Shown piece after piece: positions 1 to 10,296 of a DNA stretch of 59,852 bases. A program made the translations under genes and the position numbers. Every line of letters starts with the position of its first letter. Positions within the stretch are counted from its first letter, which is position 1. The DNA comes from an uncultured Rhodopirellula sp. (lineage in GTDB: Bacteria; Planctomycetota; Planctomycetia; Pirellulales; Pirellulaceae), in NCBI GenBank assembly GCA_964007735.1, contig CAXGAI010000026.1, positions 1-59,852 of the forward strand, given 5' to 3'. The notes under the pieces were generated by a model. That model did no database searches. It saw only the letters and a list, made by a program, of their open reading frames with translations, and was not told the origin of the DNA.

Positions 1-244
<244 letters not shown>

Positions 245-295
245 ATCGTGTCGGGTCAAATGGGCCAAAGCCGGAACGACTGGGACCCAAGATCA

Positions 296-430
296 ATGTA
301 CCTAAAGAAAATCGACGGCCCGCGCGCGGTCAACCTACCCGATGGCAGCGTGATGACCCGGGCCGACCTTCCCCCGGTCGAGACGCGGCGCTGGGTGGCG
401 TCGCGCAAGGCGGCGGTGGTCAAGGCGGTG
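296..430 (+). CDS. sciP: CtrA inhibitor SciP (DUF1153), N-terminal half only; truncated at the junction with planctomycete DNA
   Basis: MYLKKIDGPRAVNLPDGSVMTRADLPPVETRRWVASRKAAVVKAV matches the Rhodobacterales SciP N-terminus (DLPP..TRRWV..RKA.VV.AV). GC3-rich codons. After ~430 the frame becomes unrelated low-complexity sequence. Confidence 0.85.
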
Positions 431-480
431 GTGGTTTTGGCGGCGGCGGTCAAGGCGGCGGTCAAGGCGGTCAAGGCGGT
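403..480 (+). repeat. Low-complexity (CAA)GGCGGT-type Gly/Gln codon repeat
   Basis: Several near-tandem caaggcgg(c/t) units encoding QGG(G). Confidence 0.8.
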
Positions 481-1749
481 GCCGGTGTCATTATTAATCC
501 TCAGGGTGTACTGAAGGTACAGCATTTCGACATTCGCTTAACGCAAAAGCGGATAGAGGAAGCACGTCAGATTCTTGATCCTAATGTCGCTCGTCAAAGT
601 GAACTACGTAAAATATCGCTCACCCGTCTGGAGGCAGAAATTGCTCGAAGAGTAGAAGCTGGTGAAGGTGTTAGTGATGACATGCGGTATCTGGCTGGTC
701 TGACTAGTATTGATTACGTTTTCTTTTATCCGGAAACAGGTGATATTGTCGTTGCCGGTCCTGCTGAAGGTTACGCGGTTGATCCGTCCGGACGACCTGT
801 GGGCGTGGCAACTGGCCAGGCGGTTCTTGAATTACAAGATCTAATTGTTGCTCTTCGTAGCTTTGGTCCAGCAGGTAAAAAGGCAAAAACGGTCGGCGTT
901 TCGATTGATCCCACTCAGGAAGGGCTGCAACGCATGCAGCAATTTATGGTGAAAGCGGCTCCTTCACTGAATCCACGGACGACAAAACAGTTTGTTGCAG
1001 GTCTGCAAAAGAGTCTAGGCCAGCAAGTTGTCACTGTGGAGGGTGTTTCGCCTAAGACTCACTTTGCCCAAGTATTGGTTGAAGCAGACTATCGGATGAA
1101 ATTGATTGGTATTGGTCTAGAGAAGCCCCCGGTTGCCATTCGTACGTATATTGGATCGGCTTCTCCATCCTCCGTGAATCGCAACGCGATGGCTCGTTGG
1201 TATTTCACGCCAAATTACGAATGTGTTCGAGTAAGTGATGATCATCTGGCCATGCAATTAGTTGGCGACGGAGTCAAACTGGTTGGTGCGGATGAATTGG
1301 TACAGGTTGATGGAACACGAGTTGGAAGCGGTCTGGTTGATCGAGCCAGCAAAACGTTCCAGCTGTCGTTTACTGAAAAGTATCCACAGCTTGCTTCTCA
1401 GGTTCCTGTTTATGCACAAATGCGAAATCTGATTGATATGTTAATCGTGGCCGCATTTATTCAGGAAAAAGATTATTACGGACAGTCTAGCTGGGATCTC
1501 GGGCTGCTGGGTAACGAAAAAGTACTCTCCGTGGAAGTTTATCCGGAGCCAAAGACTGTAGAGACTGCTGTCAACGCGGTATGGAAAGGCAACTCGCTGA
1601 TGACACCCATTGGTGGTGGAGTTGATATCCAGCCTCTGACCGCACTGACTTCGCCAAATCTTCTTCAGGATGAAGGTAATGTTGTTCGTAAAACGCACGA
1701 ACGTACGTCAGTCGAAGGTTTACAGGCCGGCCAGTGGTGGTGGGACTAG
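403..1749 (+). CDS. DUF1598 domain-containing planctomycete protein, 5'-truncated (native start and signal peptide missing)
   Basis: The frame of ORF 682-1749 is open upstream: AQGGGGQGGGGFGGGGQGGGQGGQGGAGVIINPQGVL...SELRKISLTRLE...MRYLAGL..DYVFFYPETGDIVVAGPAEG. Also ADYRMKLIGIG, RWYFTPNY and a C-terminal WWWD. Confidence 0.8.
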   Translation, partial: AQGGGGQGGGGFGGGGQGGGQGGQGGAGVIINPQGVLKVQHFDIRLTQKRIEEARQILDPNVARQSELRKISLTRLEAEIARRVEAGEGVSDDMRYLAGLTSIDYVFFYPETGDIVVAGPAEGYAVDPSGRPVGVATGQAVLELQDLIVALRSFGPAGKKAKTVGVSIDPTQEGLQRMQQFMVKAAPSLNPRTTKQFVAGLQKSLGQQVVTVEGVSPKTHFAQVLVEADYRMKLIGIGLEKPPVAIRTYIGSASPSSVNRNAMARWYFTPNYECVRVSDDHLAMQLVGDGVKLVGADELVQVDGTRVGSGLVDRASKTFQLSFTEKYPQLASQVPVYAQMRNLIDMLIVAAFIQEKDYYGQSSWDLGLLGNEKVLSVEVYPEPKTVETAVNAVWKGNSLMTPIGGGVDIQPLTALTSPNLLQDEGNVVRKTHERTSVEGLQAGQWWWD

Positions 1750-1786
1750 ACCTTAACTGACAGGTCTATTTGAAAATATGCTACAC

Positions 1787-1820
1787 AAGGCGAGTGCGGT
1801 TTTATCCGGCTCGCCTTTTT
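1787..1820. terminator. Intrinsic terminator between convergent genes
   Basis: AAGGCGAG (1787-1794) pairs with CTCGCCTT (1810-1817), followed by a T-run. Confidence 0.6.
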
Positions 1821-3165
1821 ATTGGCCGGTATCGGTCAAAACGACGCGTAAATCGCACACATTCGTGTGGGTGGGGCCGCAGAGAATTAGCCCATCAAGT
1901 AATTTGAAAAACGTGTACGCATCATTCCGGTGCAAATGGTCTGCGGCATCCGGCTTGTGCTGCTGCAGGCGTTCTATCAGGCGTTGATCAGCAAAGGCAC
2001 CGGCCGCATTGGTAGGACCATCTTCCCCGTCGGTACCACCAGACAAGATGACGGCATGATCCATACAGCGGATGATATCCGGACTGTGAGCTAACTGGTC
2101 TACGATGGCAGCTAATACTAATTGCTGATTTCTTCCACCTTTTCCACGAATGGTTTCGTCGATTAGTTTTACGACGGGCTCTCCACCGGAAATATAAGCA
2201 CGCCTGCCACCGAGCTGTTGCATCTGCCTTAATTTTTCCGCGTGCCGTTGACCTAAATCCTCGGCAAAACCTTCTAAAGCAACGTGTGCCAGACTCTCGG
2301 TAATGTATCCCAGGTCCTCAGCCTTTTTGACCGCTGCAGTCACCGCTGTCGCATTGTTTCCAATGATTTGTGTATGGCAGTGTGCGAATGAGTGCTCAGA
2401 TATCGAGAGGTCTCCGAGAACGTCTGAACACTTCTCAATAATCGGGTCACTTTTATCTAGCAATTCGTCAATCGTGTTGATAGCTTGTTCGATGGAAGCC
2501 GAGTCACTGACCGTGGGGCCGGAAGCGATGATATCTATTGGGTCACCTAAGACGTCGGAAATGATGAGCGTTGCGAGTCTTGAGTTTTGAGCATGCTGAG
2601 CCAGTCCACCGCCTTTCACCAGGCTCAGCTTTTTACGAACAGAGTTGAGTTGTTCGATGTTGGCACCAGCACTACTTAGCTTGCGAGTTAGATGCTGCAG
2701 ATCGGCAAGTGTGATTTTTCTAATAGGCAAGGGCAGTAATGCTGACCCGCCTCCTGAAATCAGGCAGATGCAAACGTCAGTCGCCTTTGCCTGTTGCAAA
2801 AGACCTATGATTTTAGAGGTGCCCTGCACTCCTTGATCTGTCGGTTCATTAACTCCTGCGGGCCTTGCTCCGTGTAACCTAATATTGGGAAGTGCTTCGA
2901 CGCAATCATCCGGTACGTTGACCCAACCTGAAACTGAAAGCCCTGAGCCTTCCAAGGCAGTGATGACTCCGCGAGCCATACCGTTTCCAGCCTTGCCCGC
3001 ACCGATGACAAAAATACGACTGTTGGCGGTGAGAGGGTAGTTTTGCTTGCCGACTTGAAGTGACTGTTGCGTATAGGTAATGGCGGCTTCTGTGAGTTGT
3101 TTGCTATCCACAGCGTCCACTCCCGCCTGCCAAATAGCTTTCGCATCCGTTGCTAATGATGTCAT
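1819..3165 (-). CDS. Glycerate kinase, type 2 (DUF4147 + MOFRL; GckA/TtuD family)
   Basis: GAGKAG, ISGGGSAL, VKGGGLA, ISDVLGD..DIIASGPT, GGEPVV, GGRNQ, GTDGEDG, GPTHTNVCD motifs. Confidence 0.9.
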   Translation of the reverse strand: MTSLATDAKAIWQAGVDAVDSKQLTEAAITYTQQSLQVGKQNYPLTANSRIFVIGAGKAGNGMARGVITALEGSGLSVSGWVNVPDDCVEALPNIRLHGARPAGVNEPTDQGVQGTSKIIGLLQQAKATDVCICLISGGGSALLPLPIRKITLADLQHLTRKLSSAGANIEQLNSVRKKLSLVKGGGLAQHAQNSRLATLIISDVLGDPIDIIASGPTVSDSASIEQAINTIDELLDKSDPIIEKCSDVLGDLSISEHSFAHCHTQIIGNNATAVTAAVKKAEDLGYITESLAHVALEGFAEDLGQRHAEKLRQMQQLGGRRAYISGGEPVVKLIDETIRGKGGRNQQLVLAAIVDQLAHSPDIIRCMDHAVILSGGTDGEDGPTNAAGAFADQRLIERLQQHKPDAADHLHRNDAYTFFKLLDGLILCGPTHTNVCDLRVVLTDTGQ

Positions 3166-3180
3166 TTCAGTGGCGTTCCT

Positions 3181-3771
3181 TTACGTTTGATGAATTCTCA
3201 GGATATCTAGCCACTGTCCAGAGCGTTGTACTGTTATTTGGCTCAGGCTGTTAGGTTCGTCGGTGTTGCAAACCAAGCCAATGAGGTAACTATTACCAAA
3301 CACTTCGATTTTTCCGGCCAGACTACACCAAACGGTTCCCTGCCCTTTGTTAGGGATAGCCAAATTGTTAAAAAACGACTGAATGAATCCGCTGGAACTT
3401 AATTGCTCAGGCCATTGGCGAAAAATAGGCTGATGCGTTTCCAGAATCGCAGTAAAGTTTGGCATAAAATGGTTCAGGATATTTCCTAAATGTCCTTTCT
3501 TAGGTAATGACTTTCCGCGGCCGATGGGGGCCAGAACCAAGGCGCGAATTCGAACGGGACTTCCATATATTTCTATCCGAAATGGTTCACAGATTACTGG
3601 CATTAAAGGTAATTTCTCGATGTCTATCGTTAGATTAGCCTGTAGCGCATCTGGATTTTGTCGTTTACTATTGCGGTTCGCCAGAACCCATCTTAGTGAG
3701 ATTAAACAGATGAGCAGGACTACGGCGCTGACCCAGATCTCTGCTTGATTTAACAATTCCAAAATTGGCAT
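3181..3771 (-). CDS. Hypothetical membrane-anchored protein
   Basis: 196-aa ORF with one N-terminal hydrophobic helix. Co-oriented with and closely spaced to its neighbours. Confidence 0.7.
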   Translation of the reverse strand: MPILELLNQAEIWVSAVVLLICLISLRWVLANRNSKRQNPDALQANLTIDIEKLPLMPVICEPFRIEIYGSPVRIRALVLAPIGRGKSLPKKGHLGNILNHFMPNFTAILETHQPIFRQWPEQLSSSGFIQSFFNNLAIPNKGQGTVWCSLAGKIEVFGNSYLIGLVCNTDEPNSLSQITVQRSGQWLDILRIHQT

Positions 3772-3824
3772 CCTTCGATCGTATGGCCGATTGAAAACGG
3801 ACTTAGAAGTGGAGGTTTCGCGGT

Positions 3825-6578
3825 TTATGGTGATCCAGGAATCGTCGTTGGAAACGAATTACTTGCGGGTGTTAATGGTATCGGTGAAGTATTAGTTAAG
3901 TGCGGAATTTGCTTTTGGATGGTGACGTTATCTATCGAGACTTCCCCCAGTCCCATCAGCGCAAAAGTGAGCTGCACTGAATCGTTAGCGGGTGCTACTC
4001 GTATCAACGAGAACGGTTGCCAACCTGTGGTATGGTGGAAACGGTCAGCCATTCCGATTCCTCCGATTGAATCATAGACAACCAATCCATCTCCGTGGTG
4101 TTGGAGTGGCTCTGTAATGTTGACCCAGCCACGAATGTGTAGAACCTCACCGCGTTGTACGGGAATTTTGCCTGACGTTATCCAAACGGGAGCTTCTAAA
4201 AATGATGGTGTTATCGAGTTCTGGGTGGTCCAGGCTTGTAGTCGCAGGCTTGATGTTCCTTCGCGTGGAAAGTGTGGCGTAAGTTCAACCAAAGACTGTA
4301 CCACGTGATGGGGATGACGATGATGTTGCCAGCCAGCGGCTTGTACCTGTTTGAGATTTTCCATGCCACCCGCTTTCAACTGATTAGCAGACCAGTTGGA
4401 ACTTCTCAGCTGTCTTTCAGTTACAAAGTACTCGGGCAAACTCGTTACTCCCAAAGTCAGAGGATTCCCAGTTGGTTGTGTTTGTGTCCCCTGAGTCTGA
4501 TTCCAGGCTGTGCGCCGAGTTTGTCTTAGCAGATCTTCTGTCTGTGAAAGCAATTGATAGGCCACGTCCCATTCATTTGTTGAGACATGCTTTCGTGCTT
4601 TTTGTAGGCTGGATTGGGCCTGAGCATAAGGCAGCATGATGCTCTGCTTTGTTTTGGCTTTAAGAGGATGGATTTGGGTGAGCGGTTCAAGCCTCACGAG
4701 TTCTTGCTGAAGAAGGTCATAGGTGAGTTGAAGTGTACGAGTACGGTGTTGATATATTTGTCGTTGTATGAAATCTCTTACCAAAGGATCGGCGGTTAAT
4801 ACGATTCGTGTAACATTGGATTCTTTAGTCAGGCTTACCATATTCGAAGCTTCTCGCGAACCTCGAAGTCGTTTGATCCCGCTGTAGTTGATCTGGTACG
4901 GACGATAAGTGACCGGCACACCGGAGACCTTAAATTCGATTTCCCGATATTTAGTCGGACTGCTAACGATTTGCTGATAGTCATCATTACTAAAGATCCA
5001 TAACAATCGTGCGCGTGTGGTCTGAGTCATATATACCGTGATGTCGCTTCGATTCACTTTAACTTGACCGGTCGTTGTGCCACCGGCAATCCATGGCCCA
5101 ATGGTATCCAATTCATTATTAATGCGTTCTAGAATTCTGCGTCGCTGAAGTGTGTCTTCGTCGGTTTGATCGAGACGAGAGAGTGATTGAATTTGAATTC
5201 CCCGAGCGCCAGTTGCAAGAGCACGATTAACTGCCATCGAGAGTTGATCGTAACTGATGATGGTCGACAGGCGTTTTTGCGTTAGCCGTTCAGTCTGAGA
5301 ACTGACTAAGGCATGTTGTTGGTGTAAGACCACTTCCGGAATTTGGCTTGGTACCTTCACCCAAATATTCCTACCACGCCTTAATTCTCCAATGGCTTGT
5401 AATAGTTGTTGGGTGGAGTGCTCGATACTAAGCCCACTAAAAAAAGGTTGCCAAGTTAATTGGCAAATCTCTGTATACCGACTGATATCCTGAAATCCAC
5501 TTTGAATCGTTCCGATCGTGGGACGTTGATACTGACTGGGTTTTTGGTTGAGATGACTGGTCTGGTTTTTAATACTGGACAGGTCGGTGCTTTGGATGTG
5601 ATCTCCAAGATTCCAGCATAGAATTGGACTTAAGTTTGTCGTGGCGGTTAATTCCGTGCTGAGATTGGGCGGAGCAATAAGCTTTAAACCAAGTCGTCGC
5701 GCGGTTTCAAGTTGTTGAGTGGTTGGGAATTGTTTGAGTGCAATAGTGTTGAATCCCAAGGACTGTAAAAACTCAAGTGGCTCACCATTATGCTCGACTA
5801 CTTTCGGCATGTAGGGGAAGCCATTGACCAGCAAGACGGACTCTTGAATCGAGATTTGATTTGCGTTTTCACTCGAGCCCACCAAATCCGGGGAACGGTT
5901 TTGTTGGTAATTTGCTGGAGCGACATCGTTACCGGTCACGCTTGGATTTTGCATCTCAAATTCGTCTATCCAGAGCTGTAGTTTTCCAGGGGCACTGTAG
6001 ACATTGAGCATTACATTGGTGATATATGCCTGTCCGGCACTTACATCGGGACCATGCTGGCTCCGGAGACTAGGGACTTTGCTTTTTAGTTGGGAGTAGA
6101 TTTTAGGGATGGTTAACTTTTGCCAGCTACCTGCCATCGTATAAGCATCGCCGTAGACCTGAACCTGGAGGGGCTTTTTTGTTTGTGGATCAAGCGTACG
6201 AGGAAGGACGACCGTTCCAATGATTTGCACGTGATTGCGATTAGCCCGCACCCAAACATAGGGATTCAATTCGTCAATAAGTCGAACCTGAGGAGTGTTA
6301 TAAGCATAGTGAATGTGAGTACTTTGTCCGGCAATAAGTTCTAGATATTCACTTTGCCTGCCGTGATGAACAATTTGCTGGTCGTGACGGTGGGCAGTGG
6401 TGATCACTTGCCCGTCGGAATCGACGCGATGCCACGCGACCTCAGCGGATTCAAAAGAGTCCTGAACCTGACCGAATAGGCTAATTGAATAGGTGAAGAA
6501 GAGAATGACAATACAGAGCCACCAACCGACACTAAATGGTCGCTCAGAGTATCTCTTGACTCTTTTAGCGTGCCTCAT
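3825..6578 (-). CDS. Large hypothetical exported protein; possible carbohydrate-binding-like jelly-roll domains flanking a TIM-barrel-like core
   Basis: Long ORF (track start 6668; ATG 6578 followed by a hydrophobic signal-like segment is preferred). LLVNGFPY...LQSLGFNTI resembles glycoside-hydrolase barrel starts. C-terminal EGTSSLRL...VSIDNVTI resembles a CBM-type fold. Confidence 0.65.
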   Translation of the reverse strand: MRHAKRVKRYSERPFSVGWWLCIVILFFTYSISLFGQVQDSFESAEVAWHRVDSDGQVITTAHRHDQQIVHHGRQSEYLELIAGQSTHIHYAYNTPQVRLIDELNPYVWVRANRNHVQIIGTVVLPRTLDPQTKKPLQVQVYGDAYTMAGSWQKLTIPKIYSQLKSKVPSLRSQHGPDVSAGQAYITNVMLNVYSAPGKLQLWIDEFEMQNPSVTGNDVAPANYQQNRSPDLVGSSENANQISIQESVLLVNGFPYMPKVVEHNGEPLEFLQSLGFNTIALKQFPTTQQLETARRLGLKLIAPPNLSTELTATTNLSPILCWNLGDHIQSTDLSSIKNQTSHLNQKPSQYQRPTIGTIQSGFQDISRYTEICQLTWQPFFSGLSIEHSTQQLLQAIGELRRGRNIWVKVPSQIPEVVLHQQHALVSSQTERLTQKRLSTIISYDQLSMAVNRALATGARGIQIQSLSRLDQTDEDTLQRRRILERINNELDTIGPWIAGGTTTGQVKVNRSDITVYMTQTTRARLLWIFSNDDYQQIVSSPTKYREIEFKVSGVPVTYRPYQINYSGIKRLRGSREASNMVSLTKESNVTRIVLTADPLVRDFIQRQIYQHRTRTLQLTYDLLQQELVRLEPLTQIHPLKAKTKQSIMLPYAQAQSSLQKARKHVSTNEWDVAYQLLSQTEDLLRQTRRTAWNQTQGTQTQPTGNPLTLGVTSLPEYFVTERQLRSSNWSANQLKAGGMENLKQVQAAGWQHHRHPHHVVQSLVELTPHFPREGTSSLRLQAWTTQNSITPSFLEAPVWITSGKIPVQRGEVLHIRGWVNITEPLQHHGDGLVVYDSIGGIGMADRFHHTTGWQPFSLIRVAPANDSVQLTFALMGLGEVSIDNVTIQKQIPHLTNTSPIPLTPASNSFPTTIPGSP

Positions 6579-6795
6579 TTCACGCCTTTCCGAGTTAATG
6601 GTCAGATTCTTAAAAACTATTTGATTTTGACAATAGTTTTTGCCGCTTCCCTGCGATTTATTAAACACAGATTTTAGGAACGATTGGAATTTCCATCCAG
6701 ATCAATCAATGGCCTTAAAGGTGGTTGAAACCACTTATTTAGAAGTGTCCATGGTTGTTACAGGTTATGGAGCAGAGCTTAGTTAGAAGCTTGAG

Positions 6796-7068
6796 ATGAA
6801 AGATATCCCTGATTTTGAAGCCTTATTGAAGATCGAATCTCCCAATGCGCTTATTGGGCGTTTAGAAGAGCTGGCAGATGAAGTTGCCGGAGAAAATGGC
6901 GAGAAACTTTCTTCCATCGTTGCCGCCCTGAAGATTCAGGCAGAAGGACGACGTTGGATCATCAACGAACTGCGTGAAACACTGGATCAATTGCGCATGG
7001 ACCTCCAATATGTCCTGCTCGATTTAGAAGCAACTCGCAGAGAACGTGACGAATTGGCTAAACAGTAG
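6796..7068 (+). CDS. Small coiled-coil protein of a planctomycete-type family
   Basis: C-terminal LDQLRMDLQYVLLDLEATRRERD motif and helical heptad pattern. Confidence 0.7.
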   Translation: MKDIPDFEALLKIESPNALIGRLEELADEVAGENGEKLSSIVAALKIQAEGRRWIINELRETLDQLRMDLQYVLLDLEATRRERDELAKQ

Positions 7069-7205
7069 CTGACTCCGATCAATACTTGTTGATATGTATA
7101 AATAACCTGCTGGCCTCATCTTAAAAAACGCAGATAATTACAGAGTTGTCTTCGTTCTATGTCATAATCATAGAACAAATAATATTGCTGTAAGCAGAGA
7201 TCCGC

Positions 7206-8726
7206 ATGTCTGATATTACCTCCGAAAAACTGTCACGTTTCTGTGTAGAAACGGGCGTGCTCATGCCTCAGGAAGCAGAGAATTCCCTGAGTGAAGCAGG
7301 AGGGATCAATGCTAGTCTAGAAGCTTATATCAGTGTGCTGACTCGTAAAGAGCTGGTGACTAACTGGCAATTAGACCGACTAACGAAAGGGCACCGTGAC
7401 GGCTACTTTTACGGTAACTACAAAGTGCTTTATCTGGTTGGTGCTGGAACCTTTGCTCGCGTTTACCGATGTGTTGATACCAAGTCAGGACGAGTTCGTG
7501 CTGTGAAGGTATTACGTCATCGGTATGGTGATGATTTGGAAGTAACTGAGCAGTTCATGCGTGAAGCCCGTATGGTAATGCCTCTACGCCACCCCAATAT
7601 TATCCCCGTCCATGAGGTGGATTCGTACAAGGGGCGATATTATATGTCCATGGACTTCATTGAGGGACAAAATTTACGTGACTTCGTAAAACTACGAAAA
7701 CACATGGAACTTGGCGAAACGATGAAGTTGATCCGGGGGATCTGTAATGGGTTACAGTATGCCTACAACGAAGGGATTACCCACCGAGACTTGAAACTCT
7801 CCAACGTTTTAGTGACAAGTAAAGGACAGGCTAAGTTAGCCGACTTTGGTTTGGCTACGATCGTCAGTACTGATGATAAGAAGAAGAAAGAGCAGGGAGC
7901 TACTCCGCGTTCTATTGATTATGCCGGTTTGGAGAGAGCGACGCAGGTTCCGCGCAACGATGTGCGCAGCGATATTTTCTTTGTGGGCTGCATGTTCTAC
8001 CACTTGCTGGCCGGATATCCACCGCTTGCTGAAACCCGTGACAGAATCCAACGGTTAAATATAGGTAGGTATCGTGACATACCTCAGATTGGTAAATATG
8101 TGAGTGGTTTACCTCCTCAAGTCATTGCGATTGTGAACAAAGCTACTGTATTTGATCCCGAACGCCGGTATCCAAATTACGAAATGTTGATGGCTGATCT
8201 TGAGAAAGTAGAGGAAGCTGACGGTGTTCTGCTTCAAAGGCGAACCATCACCAAGAACAAGGATGGAGAAGAGGAAGCCGCTGCCCCGGCCAAACGAGGC
8301 GTGATCCAACAGGAAGGTGAAGGAAAAACCGTTCTCCTTGTCGATTCGCGCCAAAAAATGCAGGAACTCCTAAGAGCTCAGTTGGGAAAACGAGGTTACA
8401 GGGTGTTAATCGTTTCTAATGCTGACAGAGGCATTCAACGCCTCCAAGAAGGTTTTGGTGAATTTGATAGCGTGATTTTCTGCACAGGAGAATTAGGTGA
8501 AGAGGCATTGTTGGCCTTTAATCAGTTGGCAGAAGATTATCGAACTGAGTCGGTGCCTGCGGTCATTGTTGTGGAGAAAAATCAAACGTCTTTGGCTAGC
8601 CGAGCGAAGCTTAGTAATTTGCACGGCTTACTTCAAATGCCCATTAAAGTGCGTCAGCTTCGAGAAGCTTTGGTGAAACTCATTAGCCGCAAGGAAGCAT
8701 TGGAAGCTGCTGAACAGGAAGCTTAG
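7206..8726 (+). CDS. Hanks-type Ser/Thr protein kinase with a C-terminal receiver-like domain
   Basis: GAGTFARVY, AVKVL, HRDLKLSN and DFG motifs. C-terminal KTVLLVDS..LRAQLGKRGYRV receiver-fold pattern. Confidence 0.9.
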   Translation: MSDITSEKLSRFCVETGVLMPQEAENSLSEAGGINASLEAYISVLTRKELVTNWQLDRLTKGHRDGYFYGNYKVLYLVGAGTFARVYRCVDTKSGRVRAVKVLRHRYGDDLEVTEQFMREARMVMPLRHPNIIPVHEVDSYKGRYYMSMDFIEGQNLRDFVKLRKHMELGETMKLIRGICNGLQYAYNEGITHRDLKLSNVLVTSKGQAKLADFGLATIVSTDDKKKKEQGATPRSIDYAGLERATQVPRNDVRSDIFFVGCMFYHLLAGYPPLAETRDRIQRLNIGRYRDIPQIGKYVSGLPPQVIAIVNKATVFDPERRYPNYEMLMADLEKVEEADGVLLQRRTITKNKDGEEEAAAPAKRGVIQQEGEGKTVLLVDSRQKMQELLRAQLGKRGYRVLIVSNADRGIQRLQEGFGEFDSVIFCTGELGEEALLAFNQLAEDYRTESVPAVIVVEKNQTSLASRAKLSNLHGLLQMPIKVRQLREALVKLISRKEALEAAEQEA

Positions 8727-10177
8727 ACTTTGATCTGCTTCCAGCCTCCGTGCTGGAATCTTCCGAGTATCAGTAAGCTTCGTAACACAATATCTGTGAC
8801 CATGGCGTACCAGGCCCCTTCCACACCCAAATTGCGACCGGTAATTACAATATCGGTAAATGGGATCGCGATTTGGTCCCAGCAGAGGTAATAAGCCAGT
8901 GGAATGCGGATGAACAGTAGCCCGATAAAGGAGAAAATTAGAGGAAAGATGGTGTCTCCTGCCCCGCGCAAAGCACCGGTCATGATGATCACAATTGCCA
9001 GTGATGGCATACTAAGAGAGACGATTCTAATCAACGGCGCAGCCATCCCCACTGCTTCTGCTGTCTTCTCACCTGCAAAGAGACTGGTAATGGCATCGGC
9101 ACCAAAGAAGAATATGAGCCCGGCAAGCGTCATGACACTCCCTCCCCACAAACAGGCCAGCCAAGTTGATTTGCTAGCACGCGCGGGGACACCTGCACCC
9201 AGGAACTGACCAACCATCGTCGTTGCCGCCACTCCAAAGGCATGCCCAGGTAGGTAGGCTAAGGCCTCGATTCGTATAGCCGTACCATGCGCTGCTGCGG
9301 CGATGTTTCCCATGGAATTGACAATCGATAGAAACCACATTTGAAAAGAGACTACCATCAGCATATCGATACCACCAGGGATTCCGATTGTCAAAAGCCG
9401 TGAGATTATCGCCAGTTTTGGCTTCATTTTGTCCAATTGAAGCTTTAGATGATATCGTCCGCGAATTAGATAACTCATAATGATCGACCCGCCAATGGCA
9501 TAACCAATGGCTGTGCCGATGGCGATGCCTTCCCAACCCATTTCAGGAAACGGGCCCCAGCCGGTTACCAGACAAAGGCTACAAACGACGTTCACAATAT
9601 TTACGATCGCCATCGTGATAAAGCCACTCATAATATCCCCAGCTCCCCGCAGGCAGGCGTTACCAATCATATGCATGATGGCAAACGGGAAAACAGGGAT
9701 GATGATTCTAAAGTACTGAGCTCCCGCGTCGCTGGCTTCAGGTGGCAGTTGCATAATGTCGATCAGCTCACGAGGATAAATCCACGCAATTGTTGTGATC
9801 ACTGTTAGTAACATGAGGGCGATGGTGATTGCCTGATTAGTAACCAGCTTAGCTTTTTCATATTCCCCTGCACCGAAGAATCGTGAGACTAACGCAGTGG
9901 CTCCCACACCAATCGCTCCGAAAATCGATGGTAGAACCCAGAGTACGTAGGCCATTAGATTAATAGCGGCTAAGTGATGCGTCTCTAGATACTGAGCCGT
10001 TAGATAATGATCCGTCCAGGTGACCAGCATGATCATCAGTTGTTCGATTGCAACGGGAAGTGCCAAGCGCAGCATAGGCTGCAAATTCGTTTTTGAATTT
10101 ACAATTTGTGCTGCGGCGTCCACGACGGTTCGCTCCGCAATGAAGTATCTCGATGAATTTTTATAATCTAAGAACAA
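8723..10177 (-). CDS. MATE family efflux transporter (start probably ~60-100 nt downstream of the track start)
   Basis: LALPVAIEQ, two RGAGD motifs, GIAIGT/GAWYA, about 12 hydrophobic segments. Confidence 0.9.
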   Translation of the reverse strand: MFLDYKNSSRYFIAERTVVDAAAQIVNSKTNLQPMLRLALPVAIEQLMIMLVTWTDHYLTAQYLETHHLAAINLMAYVLWVLPSIFGAIGVGATALVSRFFGAGEYEKAKLVTNQAITIALMLLTVITTIAWIYPRELIDIMQLPPEASDAGAQYFRIIIPVFPFAIMHMIGNACLRGAGDIMSGFITMAIVNIVNVVCSLCLVTGWGPFPEMGWEGIAIGTAIGYAIGGSIIMSYLIRGRYHLKLQLDKMKPKLAIISRLLTIGIPGGIDMLMVVSFQMWFLSIVNSMGNIAAAAHGTAIRIEALAYLPGHAFGVAATTMVGQFLGAGVPARASKSTWLACLWGGSVMTLAGLIFFFGADAITSLFAGEKTAEAVGMAAPLIRIVSLSMPSLAIVIIMTGALRGAGDTIFPLIFSFIGLLFIRIPLAYYLCWDQIAIPFTDIVITGRNLGVEGAWYAMVTDIVLRSLLILGRFQHGGWKQIKV

Positions 10178-10296
10178 CGTTCTAGGAACCGACAGTATGG
10201 AACGCTACTGAATTGCAGTCAACGAGGCTTTTAGGAAGACTGCCTGATTAATCCCAGACAATTGAAATTGCGTTGGTCCAGATCGTTAAAGAAATA

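Noticed and set aside
403..480. GGCGGT/CAAGGC repeats as a CRISPR or VNTR element
   Set aside because: No spacers; fully explained by a Gly/Gln-rich coding linker.
248..525. Track ORFs 248-514 (+) and 256-525 (-) as intact genes
   Set aside because: 248-514 is a sciP fragment run into out-of-frame Gly codons of the DUF1598 gene; 256-525 is its antisense shadow.
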